A program made the position numbers and the translations under genes. From an uncultured Phycisphaerales bacterium (GTDB lineage Bacteria; Planctomycetota; Phycisphaerae; Phycisphaerales; SM1A02): 11,711 nucleotides of DNA. This document shows positions 1-9,754 of the stretch, piece after piece. The stretch spans positions 1-11,711 of the forward strand of contig CALKEP010000050.1 of the NCBI GenBank assembly GCA_938084645.1, given 5' to 3'. Below the pieces are notes generated by a model. That model ran no database searches, had not been told where the DNA came from, and saw only the letters and a list, made by a program, of their open reading frames with translations. How positions within the stretch are numbered: the first letter of the stretch is position 1; every line of letters begins with the position of its first letter.

Positions 1-1514
<1,514 letters not shown>

Positions 1515-1518
<4 letters not shown>

Positions 1519-2126
1519 CCGGAACCCGCCGAGTTCCGGTGATCGGCCTCGCAGGCGGCATCGGTGCCGGAAAGAGCGCCGCGGCCGCGGTGCTCGCGCG
1601 GGCCGGATGCGTGGTCAGCGATTCCGACCGCGATGCAGCGAAGGTGCTGGCGGATCCGAGGGTGGTCGAGACCCTGCGGTCCTGGTGGGGTGACGAGGTC
1701 GTCGCACCGGGCGGGTCCGCCGACCGGTCGGCAATCGCCGCCCGCATCTTCGGCGATGAAGACGCCCGTCGACGACTCGAAGGACTCATCCATCCGGAGG
1801 TGCATCGACTCCGCGAGGCGAGATTCGCCGCGGGCCCGTCGGACGCCACGGCGCTGGTCATCGATGCACCACTGCTCTTCGAAGCCGGACTGGCGGAATC
1901 CTGTGATGCGGTGTTCTTCGTGGATGCGCCGTGGGCTTCGAGGCTCGCCCGCGTCGTCGAACATCGTGGTTGGGATGAAGCGGAACTCCGGCGACGCGAA
2001 GCAACGCAGTTGCCGATCGAGGAGAAGCGTCGCCGGGCGACACTCGTCATCGACAACGACTCGGACGCCGAGGCGCTCGAGTCGGCGGTGGTCGCGGCAT
2101 TGCGGCAGGTGACCGAGGGGGCCTGA
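1515..2126 (+). CDS. coaE: Dephospho-CoA kinase
   Basis: ATG at 1515 overlaps the cysS TGA (ATGA). P-loop IGLAGGIGAGKS, LEGLIHPEV, DAPLLFEAG, RREATQLP, VIDND. About 203 aa; the ORF-track start at 1071 is an artefact. Confidence 0.95.
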
Positions 2127-2224
2127 TCCGGCCTTCGTGACGCCCCCCGGACGAGCGAGCCCGCGTGTAGCATTCCGCGATTCACCGCTCGCACCGTCAT
2201 CACATCATTTCTGGATCGCTCGTC

Positions 2225-3244
2225 ATGTCCGAATCGACCGTCGTGAACGCCTGGGCCGCCATGGAACCCGGAGCGCGTTTCGAGCCCTTTCAGTTCGAGT
2301 TCGGTCCGCTCGGCGACGACGAGGTGGAGATCGAGGTCACGCACTGCGGCATCTGCCACAGCGATCACAACATGCGGAACGACGACTGGGGCATGACGGT
2401 GTTCCCGTTCGTGGGTGGGCATGAAGTCGAGGGTCGCGTCGCGAGGATCGGCGCCTCGGTCACGGGCCTCGCGATCGGTGATCGGGTCGGCGCGGGGTGG
2501 TTCAGCCACACCGACCCCGACTGTCCTTGTGCGCAGGCGGGCAATCACACGCTGTCTCCGACGTCGCGGGCCATGATCGTGGGGCATCACGGCGGCTTCG
2601 CGGACCGGGTCCGGGTCCAGTCGACCTGGACCTTCCCGATCAGCGACGCGATCCCGGTCGGGGAGGCCGGTCCGCTGTTCTGTGGTGGAGCGGCCGTCTG
2701 GACGCCCATCCAGAAATCAGCGAAGCCGACCGGCCGGGTCGGCGTGGTCGGAATCGGTGGCCTCGGGCACCTCGCCCTCAAGTTCGCGAAGTCGTGGGGA
2801 TGCCACGTGGTCGCGTTCACCTCGACGGCTTCGAAGCGCGATGCCGCATTGGCGATGGGTGCGCACGAGGTCGTGGTGGGGGCGGACCCCGAGACGCTGG
2901 CGGCCCGGGCCGGAACCCTCGATCTCCTGATCACCACGATGGACCAACCCATCGACTGGGACGCCCACATCGGCATGCTCGCCCCCCGGGGTCGGCTGCA
3001 TCTCGCCGGTGCGGTGATGGAACCGGTCTCCTTCGGGGCGTTGGGCTTGATCATGACCGAGCGATCGATCTCCGGATCGTCGGTCGCGAGCCCCAGCAAC
3101 ACGCGGGCGATGCTGGATTTCGCGGGACGGCACGGAATCTCGCCCACCACCGAGCATTTTCCGATCGCCTCGATCAATGAAGCCTTCGACCGACTCCTGG
3201 CGGGCGAAGTCCGGCATCGGGCGATCCTCGACGTCGGCGGTTGA
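2225..3244 (+). CDS. ahr: NAD(P)-dependent Zn-binding alcohol dehydrogenase / aldehyde reductase (CAD/Ahr-YjgB-like, MDR superfamily)
   Basis: Catalytic Zn ligands in CGICHSD, GHE and PLFCGG; Rossmann motif GVVGIGGLGHLA; AFTSTASK suggests NADP(H) preference. 339 aa. The symbol assignment is less certain than the family. Confidence 0.85.
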   Translation: MSESTVVNAWAAMEPGARFEPFQFEFGPLGDDEVEIEVTHCGICHSDHNMRNDDWGMTVFPFVGGHEVEGRVARIGASVTGLAIGDRVGAGWFSHTDPDCPCAQAGNHTLSPTSRAMIVGHHGGFADRVRVQSTWTFPISDAIPVGEAGPLFCGGAAVWTPIQKSAKPTGRVGVVGIGGLGHLALKFAKSWGCHVVAFTSTASKRDAALAMGAHEVVVGADPETLAARAGTLDLLITTMDQPIDWDAHIGMLAPRGRLHLAGAVMEPVSFGALGLIMTERSISGSSVASPSNTRAMLDFAGRHGISPTTEHFPIASINEAFDRLLAGEVRHRAILDVGG

Positions 3245-3275
3245 ACCGAAAATTCCGGCCGGGTCCTCGCGTCGC

Positions 3276-3304
3276 TTGACCTGAGGGGCCCGGCGGATCA
3301 TCAT
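3276..3304 (+). promoter_or_regulatory. Putative sigma70-type promoter for rho
   Basis: TTGACC (3276-3281), 17-nt spacer, CATCAT (3299-3304) in the intergenic region upstream of rho. Confidence 0.5.
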
Positions 3305-3466
3305 GCGTGCTCGAAGGCCCCAGACGGCCTTCCGAAACCCCACACCAACAACATGCCGCCTGCCGTGCCGTGCTCGAGGATCCGATCGGATCCGCACGGC
3401 GTCCCGATCTCGATCGGGCCCCACTTCCCAGTCGTCGCAGGCAGGCCACTTCAGGTCGTCTACACC

Positions 3467-4912
3467 ATGACAAGCAAGTCCCGTCGTCGTCGTCGCAGCA
3501 AGGGCGGCGGTAACAACTCAGGCAATGGCGCGAGCATCGCGACCGTGACGCTCGCACCCGGATCGGTTCCCACGGACGAGCAGCTCGAACTCGAAGCCGC
3601 CGAGCTGGAGAACGAGCTTCAGGAACGCTACGACCTCGCGAAGAAGAAGGACCTCGACCTCGCCAAGCTGCAGAAGCTGACGAACCCCGAGCTTCTCAAG
3701 ATCGCGAAGAAGGAGAAGATCGCGGACGCGGGCAATCTGCCGAAGCAGAAGCTCGTCTTCGAGATCCTCCGCAAGCGGGCCGAGAAGGCCGGCTTCATGA
3801 TCGCCGAAGGCACGCTGGAGATCATGCCGGAAGGTTTCGGTTTCCTTCGCAGTGCGGAATACAGCTATCTGCCCTGCGCCGACGACGTCTACGTCAGTCC
3901 CAGCCAGGTGCGTCGCTTCGGGCTGCGTCGCGGCATGGTGGTGAAGGGGCTCATTCGACCCCCGAAGGAGGCCGAGACCTACTTCGCGATGCTCCGGGTC
4001 GAAGAGGTCAATGGCCGCGATCCGAAGATTCTCCATGAACTGCCGACCTTCGAGAACCTCACGCCACTTCATCCGAACCGGCGCATCCAGCTCGAAATCC
4101 CCGACGAGCCGACCCGCATCGAGCCGCGGATCATCGACATGGTGACCCCGCTGGGCTTCGGTCAGCGAGCCCTCGTGGTCGCCCCGCCGCGAACCGGCAA
4201 GACGGTGATCCTGCAGCAGGTCACCCATGCGATCGCGAAGAATCACCCCGAGGCGAAGGTGATCGTGATGCTCATCGACGAGCGCCCGGAAGAGGTGACC
4301 GACTTCAAGCGCAACACGCCCGACAGCGTCGAGGTGGTGGCCAGCACCTTCGACGAGGAGGCGACGCGCCACATCGCGGTTTCCGAAATCGTCATGGAGA
4401 AGGCTCGGAGAATGGTCGAATTCGGCGATCACGTGGTGATCCTGCTCGACTCGATCACCCGACTCGCTCGTGGCTACAACAACGGCATGTCCGGATCCGG
4501 CAAGATCGGTTCGGGCGGCGTCGACAACGCCGCGCTGATCAAGCCCAAGAAGTTCTTCGGGTCGGCCCGGAACATCGAGGACGGCGGCTCGCTCACCATC
4601 ATCGCGACGGCGCTGGTCGACACCGGCAGCCGGGCCGACGAAGTCATCTTCGAAGAGTTCAAGGGAACCGGCAACGCCGAACTGCATCTCGATCGCAAGC
4701 TCGTCGAGAAGCGGGTCTACCCCGCGATCGACATCGCGGCGAGCGGCACCCGGCGGGAGGAGCTCCTCCTCGATCCGCAGGAGCACGAACTCATCACCCG
4801 ACTTCGGAAGGTCGTGTCCGACATGAACGTGGTGGAAGCGATGGAACTGCTTCGATCACGACTCGCCAAGACGAAGAGCAATGGCGAATTCCTGATGACG
4901 ATGAGCATGTGA
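3467..4912 (+). CDS. rho: Transcription termination factor Rho
   Basis: GFGFLRS (RNP1-like), [17 protein letters not shown]-loop [57 protein letters not shown]. Start chosen at ATG 3467 ([12 protein letters not shown]); ATG 3353 is an alternative. Confidence 0.96.
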   Translation: MTSKSRRRRRSKGGGNNSGNGASIATVTLAPGSVPTDEQLELEAAELENELQERYDLAKKKDLDLAKLQKLTNPELLKIAKKEKIADAGNLPKQKLVFEILRKRAEKAGFMIAEGTLEIMPEGFGFLRSAEYSYLPCADDVYVSPSQVRRFGLRRGMVVKGLIRPPKEAETYFAMLRVEEVNGRDPKILHELPTFENLTPLHPNRRIQLEIPDEPTRIEPRIIDMVTPLGFGQRALVVAPPRTGKTVILQQVTHAIAKNHPEAKVIVMLIDERPEEVTDFKRNTPDSVEVVASTFDEEATRHIAVSEIVMEKARRMVEFGDHVVILLDSITRLARGYNNGMSGSGKIGSGGVDNAALIKPKKFFGSARNIEDGGSLTIIATALVDTGSRADEVIFEEFKGTGNAELHLDRKLVEKRVYPAIDIAASGTRREELLLDPQEHELITRLRKVVSDMNVVEAMELLRSRLAKTKSNGEFLMTMSM

Positions 4913-5106
4913 CGGGGGATTCCGCCTCGGGAGGGCGGATTTCCGACTGATCCGGGCGGTGACGGGAACCGGCCCCCGGTCCCGGTGCGGATGTGAGACG
5001 GGATCGAGGCCCGTTTCAGCGTCCAGAAGGGGCATTGCTCCGTCCGGACGGGTATCGTCATTTGTCGGTCCATCGAGTGGGTGCACGAAGCAGAACGGAG
5101 AGTCGC

Positions 5107-6024
5107 GTGCGAGCAAACCAGAATCAACGAGGCGTGACGATCGTCGAGATCCTCGCGGTGATCGGGATCATCGTCGTCCTGCTGGCGGTCCTTCTGCCCG
5201 GTCTCGGCACGGTGAATCGCACCGGCGAGCAGGTCACCAGCGAGAACAACCTCCGTCAGATCTTCATGCTGATGACGGACTACTCGACCGACAACCGGGA
5301 GATCATCGTCCCATCGAGCTTCGACTACCGCCAAGCCAGTTATCCCGGGAAGATTCGATCGGACAGTCCTGCGGGCGTCGAGCCGCTCGTGGGGCCGCTC
5401 GCCAGCGGGGAGTTTCCGCCCGGATCCACCTTCCAGAACGTCGGAACCTGGGCGGACATCCTCTGGTCCCGCTCTGACCTGAGCGCGAACGGCATCCTGA
5501 TTCCGTTCGAGGGCGACTCGAATCCCAACGGGTACAACTACCGCTACGACGCCCCCGACCGCGTGGTCTTCGAGTCGGATCCCGGGTTCAAGAACATCCT
5601 TCGAAGCACGGTCAAGATGACCCGGACCGCGGGGGGCGAAGAAGCCACCCCGTTCGGAGACGGCGCTCGTGACAGCGAAGTCGGCCAGCCCGGCTACTTC
5701 GCGGCGAACGACTGGTTCTCCGTCTGCTGCCCCGATTCGGAGTGGTATTCACGACCGCAGATCCGCTTCCCGGCTCGGTCGGTGTACCTGGTCGATTCGC
5801 TCGCGGGCGAGACGATCGCACCGAACGCCGAGGGTTGGGGCGATCCGGGACAGGGCTACGACACGCAGGTGGACTTCCGGTACATCGGCGACACGGCCCT
5901 CTTCCTCACGCTCGATGGCGGCATCACGGCCGAGACCCGATTCGTCGATCTCGACGAGGTCCTGGATCGCAAGTACCTGATCAACGATCTCGACCGTCGG
6001 CCCGGTTCGAACCCCGACCCCTGA
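5107..6024 (+). CDS. Prepilin-type N-terminal cleavage/methylation domain protein (planctomycete DUF1559/H-X9-DG-like family)
   Basis: GGAG SD (5097-5100) then GTG 5107. Short polar leader MRANQNQRG|VTIVEILAVIGIIVVLLAVLLPGL with Glu+5, followed by NNLRQI. C-terminal DFRYIGDTALFLTLDGG resembles the H-X9-DG motif. Confidence 0.85.
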   Translation: MRANQNQRGVTIVEILAVIGIIVVLLAVLLPGLGTVNRTGEQVTSENNLRQIFMLMTDYSTDNREIIVPSSFDYRQASYPGKIRSDSPAGVEPLVGPLASGEFPPGSTFQNVGTWADILWSRSDLSANGILIPFEGDSNPNGYNYRYDAPDRVVFESDPGFKNILRSTVKMTRTAGGEEATPFGDGARDSEVGQPGYFAANDWFSVCCPDSEWYSRPQIRFPARSVYLVDSLAGETIAPNAEGWGDPGQGYDTQVDFRYIGDTALFLTLDGGITAETRFVDLDEVLDRKYLINDLDRRPGSNPDP

Positions 6025-6216
6025 GCTCCAGATGCGGTTGAACCGCATTCGGGACGCTTCGTGGAGAACCATGCCCGAGGCGAGGCCCAGACGCGGCTCG
6101 CCCAAGGCCTGAGGATCGATCTGGATTCGAGAGAGACGCTATTATCGGGACAGGGTCGGGATCGCCAACGGGCGACCACGGTCCTCGGTCGGTGAGTGAC
6201 TCGGGGAAAGGAACCC

Positions 6217-6244
6217 TTGCCTTCAGGCGGGGATTCGGTACAAT
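6217..6244 (+). promoter_or_regulatory. Putative sigma70 promoter for the tRNA-Thr/tuf operon
   Basis: TTGCCT (6217-6222), 16-nt spacer, TACAAT (6239-6244), then a GC-rich discriminator-like CCCCGTC, about 110 nt upstream of tRNA-Thr. Confidence 0.65.
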
Positions 6245-6354
6245 CCCCGTCTCGCCGTCCCTCTCCCGGGACGGTTTTTATTCGGCGGCGTCGAGCTCTA
6301 CCGGCGTTCGCTCGCGTGACAAGGTTCAAGATCGATGCGACCGGCATCGAACAT

Positions 6355-6426
6355 GCCACCGTAGCTCAGTGGTAGAGCACACCCTTGGTAAGGGTGAGGT
6401 CACGGGTTCAAGTCCCGTCGGTGGCT
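6355..6426 (+). tRNA. tRNA-Thr(GGT)
   Basis: Cloverleaf: acceptor GCCACCG/CGGTGGC, D-arm GCTC/GAGC, anticodon stem CACCC/GGGTG with GGT at 6387-6389, T-arm ACGGG-TTCAAGT-CCCGT. The 3' CCA is not encoded. Confidence 0.97.
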
Positions 6427-6596
6427 TCGAATCGCTTTCAATCGGAACGGGCATCGTCCCGTTCCAACCCATGGTCCCGGCTGAGGTGGTCGGGCGCAAT
6501 CACCGGAGGAATGGCCCACGATGGGCCGGAACTCCATCTGTCGAACGCCGCACGGACAGGTTGACCCCGACGGCGCGAATTCGGAGATGCCCGCAG

Positions 6597-7808
6597 ATGG
6601 CAAAGGAAGTCTTCCAGCGGACCAAGCCGCACGTCAACGTGGGCACCATTGGCCACGTCGACCACGGCAAGACCACGCTCACCGCCGCGATCACCACGGT
6701 TCAGGGTGCCAAGGGCCTTGCGAAGCAGATCGCCTACGACGAAGTCGCGAAGGCGTCCGAGTCGGAAGGTCGACGTGACCCCACCAAGATCCTCACCATC
6801 GCGACCAGCCACGTCGAGTACGAGTCGGAAAACCGACACTACGCGCACGTCGACTGTCCCGGTCACGCCGACTACGTGAAGAACATGATCACCGGTGCCG
6901 CCCAGATGGACGGCGCGATCCTGGTCGTGTCCGCGTCCGACGGCCCCATGCCCCAGACGCGTGAGCACATCCTGCTCGCCCGCCAGGTCGGCGTGCCGAA
7001 GATCGTGGTGTTCCTCAACAAGTGCGACCTCGTCGACGACGAGGAACTTCTCGACCTCATCGAACTCGAGGTTCGCGAACTCCTCAGCAAGTACGACTTC
7101 CCCGGTGACGACACCCCGGTCATCCGTGGTGCCGCCTACCCGGCCCTCCAGAACCCCGAGGATGACAGCAAGAACGGCTGCATCGGGGAACTTCTCGAGC
7201 AGCTCGACACCTACATCGAAGAGCCCCTGCGGGAAACCGACAAGCCCTTCCTGATGTCGATCGAAGACGTCTTCTCGATCAAGGGCCGCGGCACCGTCGC
7301 GACCGGTCGTATCGAGCGTGGCGTCATCAAGGTCGGTGACGAGGCCGAAATCGTCGGTCTCGCCCCCGAGACCCTCAAGACGACCATCACCGGCGTCGAG
7401 ATGTTCCAGAAGACGCTCGACGAGGGCCAGGCCGGCGACAACGTCGGTTGCCTCCTCCGTGGCGTCGAAAAGACCGACATCCAGCGCGGTCAGGTGCTCT
7501 GCAAGCCGGGAAGCATCAAGCCCCACACCAAGTTCGAAGGCCAGGTCTACGTCCTGACCAAGGAAGAGGGCGGCCGCCACACGCCGTTCTTCTCCGGCTA
7601 CAAGCCGCAGTTCTACTTCCGGACGACGGACATCACCGGCAAGCTCACCCTCATGGGTGGTGCCGAGATGTGCATGCCCGGCGACAACGTCGAACTCGAG
7701 GTCGACCTCGAGGGCAAGGGCGTCGCGATGGAAGAAGGCGTGCGGTTCGCGGTTCGTGAAGGCGGCCGAACCGTGGGTTCGGGCGTCGTCACCAAGATCG
7801 TCGAGTGA
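6597..7808 (+). CDS. tuf: Elongation factor Tu
   Basis: [70 protein letters not shown] upstream. 403 aa; the ORF-track start at 6192 runs through the tRNA and is spurious. Confidence 0.99.
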   Translation: MAKEVFQRTKPHVNVGTIGHVDHGKTTLTAAITTVQGAKGLAKQIAYDEVAKASESEGRRDPTKILTIATSHVEYESENRHYAHVDCPGHADYVKNMITGAAQMDGAILVVSASDGPMPQTREHILLARQVGVPKIVVFLNKCDLVDDEELLDLIELEVRELLSKYDFPGDDTPVIRGAAYPALQNPEDDSKNGCIGELLEQLDTYIEEPLRETDKPFLMSIEDVFSIKGRGTVATGRIERGVIKVGDEAEIVGLAPETLKTTITGVEMFQKTLDEGQAGDNVGCLLRGVEKTDIQRGQVLCKPGSIKPHTKFEGQVYVLTKEEGGRHTPFFSGYKPQFYFRTTDITGKLTLMGGAEMCMPGDNVELEVDLEGKGVAMEEGVRFAVREGGRTVGSGVVTKIVE

Positions 7809-7826
7809 CATCGAGTCGACCGGTGA

Positions 7827-7856
7827 CCGGGGTCCGGCCTTTCGGCCGGGCCCCGG
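7827..7856 (+). other. Strong GC-rich hairpin downstream of tuf (no U-tract; possible mRNA stabilising/processing or pause element)
   Basis: CCGGGGTCCGGCC-TTTC-GGCCGGGCCCCGG, 13-bp stem with one G-U pair. Confidence 0.6.
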
Positions 7857-7931
7857 CGCCGACCCGACCTCAAGCGGGGACCGAGCGGTCTCCGATTCGT
7901 TCGAGCAAGATCCCAGAAGGGTGATGCAGCA

Positions 7932-8111
7932 ATGGCCAAGAGAGCAACCGATCGCGAGTTCGTCTGGCTTCAGTGCACCGAGACCGGTGAAATGAACTAC
8001 CGGACCAACATCCGCGTCAAGGGCGGCATCGACGAGAAGGTGAAGGAGGGCTTCATGAAGTACTCCCCCTCTCTTCGCAAGCACACCCTGCACAAGATCA
8101 AGCGGAAGTGA
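7932..8111 (+). CDS. rpmG: 50S ribosomal protein L33 (59 aa, absent from the ORF track)
   Basis: Manual translation: MAKRATDREFVWLQCTETGEMNYRTNIRVKGGIDEKVKEGFMKYSPSLRKHTLHKIKRK*. It shows the L33 pattern (LxCTE..NYxT..KYxPxLRKHTLHK) and sits in the canonical tuf-rpmG-tRNA-Trp-secE-nusG position. Confidence 0.95.
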   Translation: MAKRATDREFVWLQCTETGEMNYRTNIRVKGGIDEKVKEGFMKYSPSLRKHTLHKIKRK

Positions 8112-8151
8112 TCCGACGACACCGCTCCGGCGGGCTTCGGTTCGACCTCCT

Positions 8152-8224
<73 letters not shown>

Positions 8225-8293
8225 TTGCCAAGCGGGAACCCAGCGTTCGATCCGGGTTCCGTTCCACTCTCGTCCACAGTTGGGAACACGACG

Positions 8294-8707
8294 ATGTCCA
8301 CCGCGATCTACAAGAAGGGCCAGGGCTACTGGACCCGTCAGATGTCCACCATCGCGGGCGGCGTGATGATCCTGCTCGGTGCGATGTGGATCTCCGACTT
8401 CTTCAAGAACACCGACTGGTTCGATCTCGACCCGGTCTACTTCCGCGCCGCGTCCGGCGTCCTCTGGGTGGCGATCTTCGGCTCGCTGCTCTACTACTTC
8501 ATCTGGCTGAAGCCCCGGTCCGTCGACTTCCTGGTCGCGACCGAATCCGAGATGAAGAAGGTCAACTGGTCCTCCCGCCGCGAAGTGGTGGGATCGACGA
8601 TCGTGGTCATCGCCTTGTCGGCCGGCATCGCCGGTTTCTGCAAGGTCTGGGACCTGGTCTTCGTCACGTTCTTCAGTGCCATCAAGGTGCTCGATACCCC
8701 CACCTGA
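8294..8707 (+). CDS. secE: Preprotein translocase subunit SecE (3-TM form)
   Basis: MSTAIYKKGQGYWTR, two hydrophobic helices, then the conserved DFLVATESEMKKVNWSSRREVVGSTIVVI. Located between tRNA-Trp and nusG. Confidence 0.93.
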   Translation: MSTAIYKKGQGYWTRQMSTIAGGVMILLGAMWISDFFKNTDWFDLDPVYFRAASGVLWVAIFGSLLYYFIWLKPRSVDFLVATESEMKKVNWSSRREVVGSTIVVIALSAGIAGFCKVWDLVFVTFFSAIKVLDTPT

Positions 8708-8756
8708 CCGCGTCGCTTCCGTCCGTCCGATGGTCCGTGGGAAACGAGGAAAACGC

Positions 8757-9647
8757 ATGACCCTTTCCGATGAAAAGCCCGCCGACGGCGAGCACCAGAC
8801 ACCGAGCGAGACTCCTGCTGAACAGGTGGCCGACACGGGCACCGGTTCGACGGAATCCAAGGCGTCCGAACCGACCGATCCGCCGTCGGAGACCGCCAAG
8901 AAGCGGACGCTCGCATCCGGTCGCGCGGCGACCACGCTGGCCGGCGGACCGACGCTCGAGAACTTCGGCGGCGTCGCCACCCATCGAATCGTGAGCGAGG
9001 AGCCCGACCGCCCGGCGTCGACGCCGACGGCCGACGGCGACGCCACGCCCGAGGGTGGATTCGATCCGGCCGCGGACATGCCGATGTACCGGCCCGGCTT
9101 CGACTGGTTCGTCCTTCGGGTCGCGAGCAACAAGGAATCGGGCGTCCGCGAGACGCTGCTTCGAAAGGTCCAGATCGAAGGCATGGAGCATCTCGTCGGT
9201 CGCATCATGGTGCCGACCGAGAAGACCCAGTCGATCAAGGGCGGCGTGACCAAGGTCACCGAGACCAAGCTCTACCCCGGTTACGTGTTCGTCGAGATGT
9301 CCCTCGAGTCCGACGGTCGCATTCCCCAGGACGTCTTCTTCCTGATCAAGGAGACCACGGGCGTCGGCGACTTCGTCGGCACCGCGGGGCGTCCGACGCC
9401 GATGGCGGCCCACGAGGTCGAGAAGATGCTCTTCGACTCGCGGAAGCCGGACGAGGCACCGCAGATCAAGATGGAATTCGAATCGGGCGATCCGGTCACG
9501 ATCAAGGAAGGTCCCTTCGAGAACTACGAAGGAACCGTCGACGAGGTCATGCCCGACAAGGGACTCGTCCGCGTCCTGGTCACGATCTTCGGTCGACAGG
9601 CGCCGGTCGAACTCGAGTACTGGCAGATCGCCAAGGCCGAAGAGTAG
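8757..9647 (+). CDS. nusG: Transcription termination/antitermination factor NusG with long N-terminal extension
   Basis: GAGGA SD before ATG 8757. NGN domain WFVLRVASNKE...KLYPGYVFVEM...TTGVGDFVG; KOW domain GDPVTIKEGPFENYEGTV...VTIFGRQAPVELEY. Confidence 0.95.
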   Translation: MTLSDEKPADGEHQTPSETPAEQVADTGTGSTESKASEPTDPPSETAKKRTLASGRAATTLAGGPTLENFGGVATHRIVSEEPDRPASTPTADGDATPEGGFDPAADMPMYRPGFDWFVLRVASNKESGVRETLLRKVQIEGMEHLVGRIMVPTEKTQSIKGGVTKVTETKLYPGYVFVEMSLESDGRIPQDVFFLIKETTGVGDFVGTAGRPTPMAAHEVEKMLFDSRKPDEAPQIKMEFESGDPVTIKEGPFENYEGTVDEVMPDKGLVRVLVTIFGRQAPVELEYWQIAKAEE

Positions 9648-9754
9648 ATCGGCACCTCGCCCCGCGATTCGGGATCGTGCCTTCGAGCCAGCTCGACGCC
9701 GAGCGGCGTGAAACGGCCGACCGATACACTGGGCAGGACTTCTGGAGGGTTCTC

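Noticed and set aside
4915..4944. Hairpin after rho (also 6032-6048 and 10451-10467) as intrinsic terminators
   Set aside because: Stems are present but lack U-tracts, so they cannot be supported as terminators.
5998..6020. GGTTCGAACC T-loop-like motif (possible tRNA fragment or att site)
   Set aside because: The flanks do not form a T-stem, it lies in coding sequence, it does not match either tRNA 3' end, and there is no integrase in the window.
6192..6596. 135-aa N-terminal extension of EF-Tu in the ORF track
   Set aside because: It overlaps the promoter and tRNA-Thr. The canonical MAKE start with an SD is at 6597.
6438..8093. Long minus-strand ORFs (551 aa here; also 3518-4786, 8150-9268, 1472-2590, 1005-1964, 10360-11301)
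   Set aside because: Antisense shadows of well-supported + strand genes in high-GC, codon-biased DNA, with no recognisable motifs.
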